In this document: one piece after another, positions 28,526 to 40,101 of the stretch | Layout: every line of letters starts with the position of its first letter | How positions within the stretch are numbered: the stretch's first letter is position 1 | Origin: Myxococcota bacterium | GTDB taxonomy: Bacteria; Myxococcota_A; UBA9160; UBA6930 | DNA length: 64,000 bases | NCBI GenBank assembly: GCA_965223415.1 | Contig: OZ245002.1 | Coordinates: 128,001 to 192,000 of the forward strand | Direction of reading: 5' to 3' | The notes under the pieces: model-generated | The model's database searches: none | Seen by the model: only the letters and a program-made list of their open reading frames with translations | Told to the model about the DNA's origin: nothing | Translations under genes and position numbers: made by a program

Positions 28526-29355
28526 CGGGCTCCGCCGGGCGAGGTCGGTTCGGACGCGGGAGGCGGGAGTCTTCCCCTCGCGTCGGTAGGTGTCAATTGG
28601 TCCTGGAGGAAGGCCTCGCTGCGCAGGTCGAGCCCGACGTGGAAGCGGAGGAAGCGCGCTACCAGGCCCCGGGCCTCGGCGAGTGCGGCGCCCCGGAGGG
28701 CGAGGCGTCCGAGCTGGTCGGTGGCGAGGCTCCGACTCTGCTGGAGTGCCCGCAGCGTCCCCTTGTGCACCGGCAGCAGCGGATGGCCCTCCGGCGTGCA
28801 GCGCGCACAGCACGGGCCGCCGTCCGCCACGTGGAAGCCGATGGGTCCTTCGGACCCTTCGAGCGCCTCGCCGCAGCGCACACAGTGCGCGAGCTCGGGC
28901 CCGAGCCCGAGCACGTCGAGGGCGCGCACCTCGAGGAGCGTCCGCAGGCCGGCGTCCGGCACGCGCGCGTCGACGAGCTCGAGCGCCCGCCGCGCGAACT
29001 CGTAGAGCCGGCGGTGGTCCACGCGCGCCCCGCCCTCGGGCGCCAGCCGATCGAGAAGCTCGAGCAGATAGCAGCCGAGGGCGAAGCGCCGGGGATCCGT
29101 GCGCAAGCCGTGGAGTGTGCGACCCAGTCGCGCATGCTCGAGCCGCGCCATCGACGTCGGCCGGCGGCGCTCGATCTGCACGCCGAGCTCGTTGAAGAAA
29201 TCGAGGGTGCCCGGGAAGCGCTTCTTCGAGCGCCGCGCCCCCTTGGCGATCACGGTGAGCCGGCCCGTGTCCGGCGTGAGCAGGTGCAGGATCCGGTCGG
29301 ACTCGCCGAAATCGACACTGCGGAGGACCAGCGCCTGGGTATGGAGGGTCGCCAT
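28522..29355 (-). CDS. recO: DNA repair protein RecO
   Basis: ALVLRSVDFGESDRILHLLT, AKGARRSKKRF, CVRCG...CARC zinc finger. Confidence 0.95.
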   Translation of the reverse strand: MATLHTQALVLRSVDFGESDRILHLLTPDTGRLTVIAKGARRSKKRFPGTLDFFNELGVQIERRRPTSMARLEHARLGRTLHGLRTDPRRFALGCYLLELLDRLAPEGGARVDHRRLYEFARRALELVDARVPDAGLRTLLEVRALDVLGLGPELAHCVRCGEALEGSEGPIGFHVADGGPCCARCTPEGHPLLPVHKGTLRALQQSRSLATDQLGRLALRGAALAEARGLVARFLRFHVGLDLRSEAFLQDQLTPTDARGRLPPPASEPTSPGGAR

Positions 29356-29385
29356 CGGGGAGAAACTAGCCCCCGGGTTGGCAAT

Positions 29386-29919
29386 TCACGGGCCGGGCGC
29401 GGGGGGCGAGAAGCTCTCCCGTTCGGTGCCGGGCCTCGGAGCGGGCCGCGTCGCTTCGGAGGCCGGCGGCGCCGTCGGAGCGGCGCGCTGGGCCTCCGCC
29501 AGGGCCCGCACCGGATCCCGGCGCAGGCGAAGCTCCGGATCGGCCCTGTGGGCAGCGGCGGCCGAAGGAGCCGCCGGCGCCGGCCTCCCGAATCGGCCGG
29601 CGACGACGGAGCCGAGGGCGACGAGGAGCAGGAAGGCGCCCGCCGCCGCCAGCACGGCCCCCGCCCGAGGCCAGGCGCGGCGCGGCCCCAGATCGGGCTC
29701 GACCAGCATGCGGGCCACCGCCTCGTCCGGGTCGAGCCCGATGGCCGAGGCCACCGTGCGGACGAAGCCCCGCACGAACCCGTCGGTGACGCCGTCGAAT
29801 GCTCCGCCTTCCAGCCGCTCCAGGGAGCGCCGGGGAATCCGCGTGAGGGTGACGAGCTCGTCCAGCTCCATCCCCCGCAGCTTGCGCTGCCGGGCGAGGT
29901 AGCGGCCGATCGACGGCAC
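29386..29919 (-). CDS. RodZ-like helix-turn-helix membrane protein (start uncertain)
   Basis: IGRYLARQRKLRGMELDEL...TRIP...LERLEGG...FVRGFVRTVASAIGLD followed by a TM segment. Confidence 0.75.
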   Translation of the reverse strand: MPSIGRYLARQRKLRGMELDELVTLTRIPRRSLERLEGGAFDGVTDGFVRGFVRTVASAIGLDPDEAVARMLVEPDLGPRRAWPRAGAVLAAAGAFLLLVALGSVVAGRFGRPAPAAPSAAAAHRADPELRLRRDPVRALAEAQRAAPTAPPASEATRPAPRPGTERESFSPPAPGP

Positions 29920-29951
29920 CGGCTCGGCGGCGTCTCCCGCAGCCTCGTCGC

Positions 29952-30767
29952 TCAGCGGAGGCGATCCAGGTACTCCTCCGATCGCTTCCCCCATGGTCCG
30001 CTCGGCTTGGAGGCCGCGGACGCCGTCAGATACTCGAGAGCCAGCTCCCGGTCCCCAGTCGCGATGTAGATCTCGGCGATCCGGAAGTTCGCCTCCGCCT
30101 CCGCGAGCGGTCCCGGGTCGAGCTCCACGACCCGTTCGAAGCGCGCGATCGCCTTCTCGTGACGGCCGCGCTCGGCTTCGATGATGCCGAGGTTGAGAAT
30201 CGGACGCCAGTAGCCGGTGTGGTACTCCGTCGCCATCTCCAGGGACTCCATGGCCCGTCGCAGCTGACCGAGCTTGTAGTAGGCCCAGCCCTGATTCGTG
30301 AGCGCCGCCCACGGAAGCGGGAAGGTCGGGTCGTTCACCAGGGACTCGGCCATGTGAATGGCCTCGCCGTAGCGCTCGAGCTCGATGTAGATCGCGGAAA
30401 GGGTGAGCTTGGCCTGCTGGAAGTTCGGAGCCTCGGCCAGGGCCTTCAGGAGGTGGCGCTCGGCGTCGGCGAACAGCCCCTTGCGGCGGTAGGAGTCGGC
30501 GAGGGCGAGCTGGGTCCACTTGTCCTCGGGCCGCAGCTCCTCCGCGATGCGGAGCTCGCGGATCGCGAGGGCCACCCGACCCTCGCGCAGGTGGCCGGTG
30601 CCGACGTTGTAGTGGGAGGCCGCGCGCCGCTCGATCTTCATCTTCTCGGCGAGCTTCGTGTCGGCACGGCTCGAGCGGGAGCCGCCGGGGGTCGCGCACC
30701 CCACGAGGAGCACCAGGGCGACCAGGCTCAGCACGCGGAAGTGGGAGCTTCGAGGGTTCGTCGTCAC
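29952..30767 (-). CDS. tgl: TPR lipoprotein, Tgl/PilF-type type IV pilus pilotin
   Basis: GTG behind GAAGGAG, lipobox LVGC, about 6 TPRs, DPTFPLPWAALTNQGWAYY motif; precedes RodZ-like gene and recO. Confidence 0.72.
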   Translation of the reverse strand: MTTNPRSSHFRVLSLVALVLLVGCATPGGSRSSRADTKLAEKMKIERRAASHYNVGTGHLREGRVALAIRELRIAEELRPEDKWTQLALADSYRRKGLFADAERHLLKALAEAPNFQQAKLTLSAIYIELERYGEAIHMAESLVNDPTFPLPWAALTNQGWAYYKLGQLRRAMESLEMATEYHTGYWRPILNLGIIEAERGRHEKAIARFERVVELDPGPLAEAEANFRIAEIYIATGDRELALEYLTASAASKPSGPWGKRSEEYLDRLR

Positions 30768-30780
30768 GGGATCGTCTCCT

Positions 30781-31629
30781 TCAGAAGGAAGAGAGGATGC
30801 GGGCCAGCCAGTCACGGCGTTCTTCGTCGCTCACGGGCTTTCGTTTCTTGACCAGGCGCAGCTTGCCAAGGGCCGCCTTGCCCAGCCGGCGGCGGGTGCG
30901 TTGACGCCGCTCGCCCTCGGGCATCGGGTCGGCAGCTGCGAAGGCTTCGCTCGGTGCCGGCAGGTCGAACTCGAGATCGGCATCCGCCTCGAGGGGCGGA
31001 TCGGCCTCGCCGAGCGGTGTCGCGCCCGCGGGAGGGCCGATGCGGAACTTGCTCAGCTCGGTCGCCGGCGGGGAAGGAGCCTCGCCCTCCGGAGCACCGG
31101 CGGGCTCCGCGGCGGCCAGGGCATCCTCCACCAACGAGGTGAGCTGGGAGGTATCCGGCGGCTCGATCTCCGGCTCGGGGACCACCGCCTCGACCAGCAG
31201 GAACTCGTCCTGGATCTTGTCGGTGCCGGCGTCGTCCGCAGGCGCAGGCTCGCTGGGCGGCGGTGCCAGGTCTCCCATCAGCTCGGCCCAGATACCGTAG
31301 GCGCGCTCGGCGTCGCCGGCCGCGAGCTCGTCGTCGTCGAACAGGAAGCCCATGCCCTCGCCGAAGGCCATCGCCGCGTCGACGCAGCTCGCGGCGTCCG
31401 GCACGTCACCGTCGGGAGCGAAGTGCAGCACCTGGCCGCTCTTGAGGGAGCGCACGCTCAGGGTGACGTCGAGGGGGCCGTCGAGGACGGCGTGGACGAC
31501 GAGCGCCGCCCGGGCCGGAGCCACGGGGAAGTCCTCGGTGCGAACCACCGGTGTGTTGAGGGAGAGCTGCAGGCTCCGCAGGTGCTCGGGGCGCAGCTGG
31601 AGCGGCGCGTTGCGGCGCGCGAAGAACAT
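30781..31629 (-). CDS. Hypothetical protein resembling the myxobacterial ORF that precedes tgl
   Basis: SLNTPVV, AMAFGEGMGFLFDD, acidic Pro-rich linker, C-terminal LARILSSF; family resemblance recalled, not searched. Confidence 0.55.
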   Translation of the reverse strand: MFFARRNAPLQLRPEHLRSLQLSLNTPVVRTEDFPVAPARAALVVHAVLDGPLDVTLSVRSLKSGQVLHFAPDGDVPDAASCVDAAMAFGEGMGFLFDDDELAAGDAERAYGIWAELMGDLAPPPSEPAPADDAGTDKIQDEFLLVEAVVPEPEIEPPDTSQLTSLVEDALAAAEPAGAPEGEAPSPPATELSKFRIGPPAGATPLGEADPPLEADADLEFDLPAPSEAFAAADPMPEGERRQRTRRRLGKAALGKLRLVKKRKPVSDEERRDWLARILSSF

Positions 31630-31637
31630 GCCCTGCT

Positions 31638-31663
31638 ATCGGTCCCCGCCGAGCCCCACTTGA
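31638..31663 (-). promoter_or_regulatory. sigma28-like promoter motif TCAAG-N15-ACCGAT(A)
   Basis: ATG 8 nt downstream with no SD; heads the tgl operon. Confidence 0.65.
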
Positions 31664-31852
31664 GGCTCTTCGGGGCGCAGGGCGGCGGGGGAAGTCCCCT
31701 CCCAGCAAGGCCTTTTCCGGAGCGGGGCCCGACCCCCCCGAGTGGCCCTCGGGGGGTTTCGGAGGGCACCTGGGGGGATACACTGCCGGGGCGTTCCCCA
31801 TCGCGCGGGCCTCCCGGACGAGGTGGCCTCGACCCAAGGAGCCCAACAGCCC

Positions 31853-33691
31853 GTGGCCCAGCCCAAGAAGCCGATCGAGCAGGTCGAGCGCGTGGCCATC
31901 CGGTTCGCAGGGGACTCCGGCGACGGCATGCAGCTGACCGGGACCAAGTTCACCGAGTCGACCGCCCTCGCCGGCAACGACCTGTCCACCTTTCCGGACT
32001 TCCCTGCCGAGATCCGTGCACCCGCCGGATCCCTGGCCGGTGTGTCCGGCTTCCAGATCCACTTCGCGAGCGAGGACATTCGCACGCCCGCGGACGAGCC
32101 GGACGTGCTGGTTGCCCTCAACCCGGCCGCCCTGCGCGCGAACGTCGAGGACCTCCGCCCCGGCGGCATGCTGATCGTCAACAGCGACGCCTTCACGACC
32201 AAGAACGTCGAGCGCGCCGGCTACGACGACGACCCGCTGCCGGATCTGGAGGATCGCTTCCGCGTGGTGCAGATCCCGCTGACGGCCCTCAACCGCGAGG
32301 CGCTCTCGGACCTCAAGCTGGGCACGCGCGAGACGGACCGCTGCAAGAACTTCTTCGCCCTCGGCCTGATGTACTGGCTCTACAACCGTCCGATCGAGTC
32401 GACCCTGCGCTGGCTCGAGAGCAAGTTCCGCGGAGACGTGCTCGAGGCGAACCGCCGGGTCGTGAAGGCCGGCATGCACTTCGGCGAGACCACCGAGCTC
32501 TTCCCGGTCTCCTTCACCGTACCCAGGGCGAAGATCCAGCCGGGCACCTACCGCAACATCACCGGCAACCAGGCCCTCGCCTGGGGGATCATCGGCGCCG
32601 GCGTGCAGCTCGGTCGCTCGATCTTCCTCGGCGCCTACCCCATCACGCCGGCCAGCGACGTGCTCCACGAGCTGGCCCGCTACCGGCACTTCGGCGTGAA
32701 GACCCTCCAGGCCGAGGACGAGATCGCCGCGGCCAGTGCCACGATCGGCGCCGCCTTCGCCGGCCAGCTCAGCGCCTGCACCACCAGCGGCCCCGGCTTC
32801 ATCCTGAAGCAGGAGGCGCTGGGCCTCGCCGTCATGACCGAGCTGCCGATGGTCGTGGTCGACATCCAGCGCGCGGGTCCGTCGACGGGCATGCCCACGA
32901 AGACCGAACAGGCCGACCTGCTGGCCGCCCTCTACGGGCGCAACTCCGACAGCCCGATCCCGGTGCTCGCCCCCTGCACGCCCGGCGACTGCTTCACGAT
33001 CATGCTCGAGGCCTTCCAGCTGGCCGTGAAGTACATGACGCCGGTAGCGGTCCTCTCCGACGGCTACCTGGCCAACAGCTCGGAGCCCTGGCTCATCCCG
33101 GACGTGAACGCCCTGCCCCGCGGCGAGGTCCGCCATCACCAGGATCCGGAGGGCTTCCTCCCCTACGGCCGCGATCCCGAGACCCTGGCGCGGCCGTGGG
33201 CCGTCCCGGGTACGCCCGGCCTCGAGCACCGCATCGGCGGGCTCGAGAGCGAGGTGGACACGGGCAACGTCTCCTACTCCCCGGAGAACCACGGGCGCAT
33301 GGTGCAGCTGCGAGCCGCGAAGGTGGCGCGCATCGCCCAGGACATCCCGCCCCTCGAGGTGAACGGCGCGGATCGCGGCGAGCTGCTCGTCGTCGGCTGG
33401 GGCGGCACCCACGGCGCGATCACCTCCGCGGTGAACGAGGCCCGAGAGGACGGCCTCGACGTCTCGAGCCTGCACCTCCGTCACCTGAACCCCTTCCCCT
33501 CGGACCTGGGCGAAGTCCTCGCGCGCTTCCGACAGGTGCTCGTCCCGGAGCTCAACTCGGGCCAGCTCCATCGCCTGCTGCGGGCGGAGTTCCTGGTGCC
33601 CGCCGAGAGCCTGTCGAAGGTCCAGGGCCAGCCCTTCAAGGTGAACGAGATCCGCGCGCGCATCGATCGCATGCTCGCGCCCGGGAGCTGA
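31853..33691 (+). CDS. korA: 2-oxoacid:ferredoxin oxidoreductase alpha subunit
   Basis: RFAGDSGDGMQLTG, YPITPAS, QAEDEIAA, QRAGPSTGMPTK; GTG at 31853 behind AAGGAG. Confidence 0.92.
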   Translation: MAQPKKPIEQVERVAIRFAGDSGDGMQLTGTKFTESTALAGNDLSTFPDFPAEIRAPAGSLAGVSGFQIHFASEDIRTPADEPDVLVALNPAALRANVEDLRPGGMLIVNSDAFTTKNVERAGYDDDPLPDLEDRFRVVQIPLTALNREALSDLKLGTRETDRCKNFFALGLMYWLYNRPIESTLRWLESKFRGDVLEANRRVVKAGMHFGETTELFPVSFTVPRAKIQPGTYRNITGNQALAWGIIGAGVQLGRSIFLGAYPITPASDVLHELARYRHFGVKTLQAEDEIAAASATIGAAFAGQLSACTTSGPGFILKQEALGLAVMTELPMVVVDIQRAGPSTGMPTKTEQADLLAALYGRNSDSPIPVLAPCTPGDCFTIMLEAFQLAVKYMTPVAVLSDGYLANSSEPWLIPDVNALPRGEVRHHQDPEGFLPYGRDPETLARPWAVPGTPGLEHRIGGLESEVDTGNVSYSPENHGRMVQLRAAKVARIAQDIPPLEVNGADRGELLVVGWGGTHGAITSAVNEAREDGLDVSSLHLRHLNPFPSDLGEVLARFRQVLVPELNSGQLHRLLRAEFLVPAESLSKVQGQPFKVNEIRARIDRMLAPGS

Positions 33692-33693
33692 TC

Positions 33694-34722
<1,029 letters not shown>

Positions 34723-34764
34723 GCCCGAGCCGCCTGCCTCGAGCCGGGCTCCGCTCCGGGCCGC

Positions 34765-35643
34765 CTACCCCGCGAGCTCCGGCGCCCGCTTGGCGAGGGT
34801 GGCGCCGATCTCTGCCGGCGACTTCGCCACGGCGACCCCGGCGGCTTCGAGCGCCGCCATCTTGTCGCTCGCCCGGCCCTTTCCGCCGGCGATGATGGCG
34901 CCGGCGTGGCCCATGCGCTTGCCGGGCGGGGCGTTCTGTCCGGCGATGAAGGCAACCACGGGCTTCGACATCTTCTCCTGGACGAAGCGCGCCGCCTCTT
35001 CCTCTGCCGAGCCCCCGATCTCGCCGATCATCACCACGGCGCGGGTCTCGGAATCCGCCTCGAAGAGGGTGAGGGCGTCGATGAAGGTCGTGCCGATCAC
35101 CGGATCGCCGCCGATGCCGACGCAGGTGGACTGGCCGATACCGAGGCGGGAGAGCTGGTCGACGGCCTCGTAGGTGAGCGTTCCGGAGCGGGAGACCACG
35201 CCCACGGGGCCCGGGCGGGTGATCTGTGCCGGCATGATGCCGATGCGGCACTGCTCGGGCGTCACGACGCCGGGGCAGTTCGGCCCGACGAGGCGCGTCC
35301 GACCGCCGGCCATGGCGCGCTTGGCCTTGGCCATGTCGACGGCGGGGATGCCCTCGGTGATGCAACAGGTGAGGTCGAGGCCCGCGTCCGCCGCCTCGAG
35401 GATCGCGTCCGCCGCGCCCGCCGGCGGGACGAAGATGGCGGAGGCGTTGGCGCCGGTCTTGTCGACGGCCTCGCTGACGGTCGCGAAGACCGGGATGCCC
35501 TCGATGGTGGTGCCGGCCTTGGTCGGGTGAACGCCACCCACCACCTGGGTGCCGTACTCGGCGGAGAGACCCGCATGGAACTGGCCCATGCGGCCCATGC
35601 CCTGGATCAGGAGCTTGGTGTTCTTGTCGGCGAGGATCGCCAT
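34765..35643 (-). CDS. sucD: Succinyl-CoA synthetase alpha subunit
   Basis: [32 protein letters not shown]. Confidence 0.97.
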   Translation of the reverse strand: MAILADKNTKLLIQGMGRMGQFHAGLSAEYGTQVVGGVHPTKAGTTIEGIPVFATVSEAVDKTGANASAIFVPPAGAADAILEAADAGLDLTCCITEGIPAVDMAKAKRAMAGGRTRLVGPNCPGVVTPEQCRIGIMPAQITRPGPVGVVSRSGTLTYEAVDQLSRLGIGQSTCVGIGGDPVIGTTFIDALTLFEADSETRAVVMIGEIGGSAEEEAARFVQEKMSKPVVAFIAGQNAPPGKRMGHAGAIIAGGKGRASDKMAALEAAGVAVAKSPAEIGATLAKRAPELAG

Positions 35644-35646
35644 GCC

Positions 35647-36813
35647 TCAGGCCCCCCGGGCCGCAGCGACGGCCTTCTCGCCCGCTTCCTGCAGGGTCTC
35701 GGCGGGCGTGATGTCGAGACCGCTGTCGGCCATGATCTTCCGGCCTTCCTCTGCGTTGTTGCCCTGCAGCCTCACGACGAGAGGCACCTCGATGCCGAGC
35801 TCGCCCGCCGCCGCGACCACGCCCTCGGCGATCAGGTCGCAGCGCACGATACCGCCGAAGATGTTCACCAGGATGGCCTTCACCTTCTCGTCCTGGAGGA
35901 TGAGCTTGAAGGCCTCCTTCACCTTCTCCTTGTCGGCGCCACCGCCGGCGTCGAGGAAGTTGGCCGGGCTGCCTCCGCACACGGCGATCATGTCGAGGGT
36001 GGCCATCGCCAGCCCCGCACCGTTCACCATGCAGCCGATGTCACCGTCCAGGCCCACGTAGGCCAGGTCGATCTCCTTGGCCGCGCGCTCTCGAGGGTCC
36101 TCTTCGTCCGGATCGCGAAGCTCCGCGATGTCCGGGTGCCGGAAGAGCGCGTTGTCGTCGAAGTTGAGCTTGCCATCGAGGGCGAGGAGCTCTCCCTCCT
36201 CGGTGACGACCAGCGGGTTGATCTCGACCAGCGAGGCGTCCTTCTCGATGAACAGGCGGTAGAGGCTCTTCAGAAAGGTGTCGAGCTTCGCGGCCTGGGC
36301 CGGGTCGAGCTCGAGGGCTGCCGCGATCTTGCGCACCTGGAAGCCCTGCAGGCCGGCATTCGGATCGACGAACTCGGTGTGGATGCGCTCGGGCGTGCTC
36401 TCGGCCACCTCTTCGATGTCCATGCCGCCCTCGGTCGACGCGATGATCGCGAAGTCCTCGGTCGCCCGGTCGAGGGTGAGCGCCAGGTACAGCTCGCGGG
36501 CGATGTCCGAGCCCGCTTCCACGTAGACCTTGCGCACGAGCTTGCCCTCGGGACCGGTCTGGTGGGTGACGAGGGTCATCCCCAGGATGTCGCTCGCGTG
36601 CTGCTTCGCCTCGGCGGGGCTCTTCGCCAGCTTCACGCCGCCGCCCTTGCCACGGCCGCCGGCGTGCACCTGGGCCTTCACCACCGTCACCGCGGTGCCG
36701 AGCCGCTTGGCCGCGTCCTCCGCCTCCGCAGGGGTCGTGGCGAGGTGCCCCTCGGGCACTGCCACCCCGTAGGCGCGGAACAGCTCCTTCGCCTGGTACT
36801 CGTGGACGTTCAT
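35647..36813 (-). CDS. sucC: Succinyl-CoA synthetase beta subunit
   Basis: [47 protein letters not shown]. Confidence 0.97.
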   Translation of the reverse strand: MNVHEYQAKELFRAYGVAVPEGHLATTPAEAEDAAKRLGTAVTVVKAQVHAGGRGKGGGVKLAKSPAEAKQHASDILGMTLVTHQTGPEGKLVRKVYVEAGSDIARELYLALTLDRATEDFAIIASTEGGMDIEEVAESTPERIHTEFVDPNAGLQGFQVRKIAAALELDPAQAAKLDTFLKSLYRLFIEKDASLVEINPLVVTEEGELLALDGKLNFDDNALFRHPDIAELRDPDEEDPRERAAKEIDLAYVGLDGDIGCMVNGAGLAMATLDMIAVCGGSPANFLDAGGGADKEKVKEAFKLILQDEKVKAILVNIFGGIVRCDLIAEGVVAAAGELGIEVPLVVRLQGNNAEEGRKIMADSGLDITPAETLQEAGEKAVAAARGA

Positions 36814-36821
36814 GAGCGCGC

Positions 36822-37820
<999 letters not shown>

Positions 37821-37842
37821 CTACCCCGCATCCCGTGATGGC

Positions 37843-38124
37843 CTACTGGCTCGTGAGGGCCTTGGCCTCGCGGCGGAGCTCCGCCGCCCGCTCCGGGTCG
37901 ATCTCCGGAATCGCCAGCTGCTGGCCGGGATAGACCCGGGAGGGGTCCTTGATCTGGTCCCGGTTGGCCAGGTAGAGGGCCGGCCAGAGGGTCGGATCGC
38001 CGACGGTCTCGCCGGCGATGTGCCACAGGGTCTCCCCGTCGCGAACGGTGTGGGTGCGCCCGGCCTGGGCGCGCTGGGGCGTGGCGGGCATGAGGAGCGC
38101 CAACGCCGCCAGGAACAGCAGCAT
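37843..38124 (-). CDS. Small secreted LysM-domain protein
   Basis: Signal peptide, then HTVRDGETLWHIA...LWPALYLANRDQIKDPSRVYPGQQLAIP. Confidence 0.85.
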   Translation of the reverse strand: MLLFLAALALLMPATPQRAQAGRTHTVRDGETLWHIAGETVGDPTLWPALYLANRDQIKDPSRVYPGQQLAIPEIDPERAAELRREAKALTSQ

Positions 38125-38162
38125 GCGTCGCAGGCTCAGCACTCCGTGCGGAGGCCGCAAGC

Positions 38163-40007
38163 TCAGCGCTCCGAACGGCGGACGCGCAAGTGCAGCTCCT
38201 CGAGCTGCTCGCGGTCCACCTCCGAGGGCGCGTCCATCAGCAGGTCCTGGCCACGCTGGGTCTTCGGGAAGGCCACGACGTCGCGCAGGCTCTCTGCTCC
38301 GGTGAGCACCATCACGGTCCGATCGTACCCGAAGGCGAAGCCGCCATGGGGCGGCGCGCCGGCCTCGAGGGCATTCAGCAGGAAGCCGAAGGAGGCTTCC
38401 ATCTCGTCCTTGGGGTAGCCGATGATCTCCAGGATCCGGCGCTGGACGTCGGCCCGGTGGTTTCTCAGGCTGCCCGAGCCCAGCTCGGTGCCGTTGAGCA
38501 CCAGGTCGTAGTGGGTCGCCCTCACCCGCTCCGGCGCCGTCTCGAGGAGCGGGAGGTCCTCGTCCATCGGCGCGACGAAGGGCATGTGCATCCAGGTGAG
38601 CCCCCCCTTCTCGTCGCGCTCGAAGAGGGGGAAGTCGACCACGAAGAGCGGGTCCCAGGCGCGCCCATCGGTGCGGCCCAGGCGTTCTCCCAGGTCGACC
38701 CGTAGCCGGGCCAGGATGGCGTTCGCCCGGTCGGCGGCGTCGGCCTGAAAGAAGACCAGGCTGCCCGGGCGGGCCTCGGTCCGTTCCTGGATCGCCTCGC
38801 GCTCGGCGTCGGAGAGGAACTTCACGATCGGCGACTGCCAGCTGCCGTCGGCGGTCACGCGGATCCAGGCCAGGCCCTTCGCGCCGAGCTCCTTCTTCAC
38901 GAACTTCTCGAGGCGATCCACGTCGCCGCGGGAGAGCGCGTCGGCGTCGTGGACGGGCAGGCACTTCACGATGCCGCCGGCGTCGACCGCGGCGCGGAAG
39001 GCGCGGAACTCGCTCTCGGCGAAGAGGTCGGTCAGCTCCACCAGCTCGAGCTGGATGCGGGTATCGGGGCGATCGACGCCGAAGCGGTCCATCGCCTCCG
39101 CCCAGGACATGCGCGGGAACGGACGCGGCAGGTCCACACCGGCGCCATCCCGGCAGGTGCGGCAGGTCACCTCCTCGAGCACCTCGAGCACGTCCTCGAC
39201 GCCGATGAAGGACATCTCCAGGTCGACCTGCGTGAATTCGAGCTGGCGGTCCGCGCGCTGGTCCTCGTCCCGGAAGCAGCGGGCGATCTGGAAGTAGCGA
39301 TCGAAGCCCGCGATCATGAAGAGCTGCTTCATGAGCTGCGGCGACTGGGGCAACGCGTAGAACTCCCCGGCCTGGTAGCGGCTCGGGACCAGGAAGTCCC
39401 GCGCACCCTCCGGCGTCGCCCGGGCGAGGATCGGCGTCTCGATCTCGAGGAAGCCCAGCTCCGAGAGCGTCTGCCGGAACACCTGCGCCAGCCGGTGGCG
39501 CATCTGGAGTGTCCGCTGGTGGACGGGACGCCGCAGATCGTGGACGCGGTGACGCAGGCGGATCGCCTCATCCACTCCCGGATCGTCCTCGATCGGAAAC
39601 GGGGGCGGCACCGCCGCGTTCAGCACGCGGAGCTCGGCGGCCTCGACCTCCACCTCGCCGGTGGGCATCTCCGGGTTCACGTTCTCGGGCTCGCGCCGCA
39701 CCACCCGGCCGCGGGCCAGGATGACGAACTCCGTGCGCAGCTCGTCGGCGCGACGGTGCACGGTGGGATCCGTATCGGGCCGGAACACCACCTGCAGCCG
39801 CCCGGTGCGGTCGCGCACGTCCGCGAAGATCACACCCCCGTGGTCGCGGTGGCCATGGACCCAGCCCGCTACCACCACCTCTTCGCCCACCTGGGCTGTG
39901 CCGACCTCGCCGCAGCCGTGGCTACGGCGCAGCATGCCCATGCCGTCGAGACGGACCTCCTGGCGTCCGCCCAGAGCGGATCCTTCGGCAGACGGCGGCT
40001 CGCTCAC
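38163..40007 (-). CDS. aspS: Aspartate--tRNA ligase
   Basis: RSHGCG, RDHGG, TPEGARDFLVPSR, FRDEDQRADRQLEFTQ, GAPPHGG, AFPKT. Confidence 0.97.
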   Translation of the reverse strand: MSEPPSAEGSALGGRQEVRLDGMGMLRRSHGCGEVGTAQVGEEVVVAGWVHGHRDHGGVIFADVRDRTGRLQVVFRPDTDPTVHRRADELRTEFVILARGRVVRREPENVNPEMPTGEVEVEAAELRVLNAAVPPPFPIEDDPGVDEAIRLRHRVHDLRRPVHQRTLQMRHRLAQVFRQTLSELGFLEIETPILARATPEGARDFLVPSRYQAGEFYALPQSPQLMKQLFMIAGFDRYFQIARCFRDEDQRADRQLEFTQVDLEMSFIGVEDVLEVLEEVTCRTCRDGAGVDLPRPFPRMSWAEAMDRFGVDRPDTRIQLELVELTDLFAESEFRAFRAAVDAGGIVKCLPVHDADALSRGDVDRLEKFVKKELGAKGLAWIRVTADGSWQSPIVKFLSDAEREAIQERTEARPGSLVFFQADAADRANAILARLRVDLGERLGRTDGRAWDPLFVVDFPLFERDEKGGLTWMHMPFVAPMDEDLPLLETAPERVRATHYDLVLNGTELGSGSLRNHRADVQRRILEIIGYPKDEMEASFGFLLNALEAGAPPHGGFAFGYDRTVMVLTGAESLRDVVAFPKTQRGQDLLMDAPSEVDREQLEELHLRVRRSER

Positions 40008-40101
40008 GGTTCCTCTCGCGGGCGAAGGGGGAGGGAAAACGGCTTGAAAAACGCGAGGTTGGTTAGCAGAGGGGGCTGCCCCCCGCCAACCCGGTGGGCG
40101 C

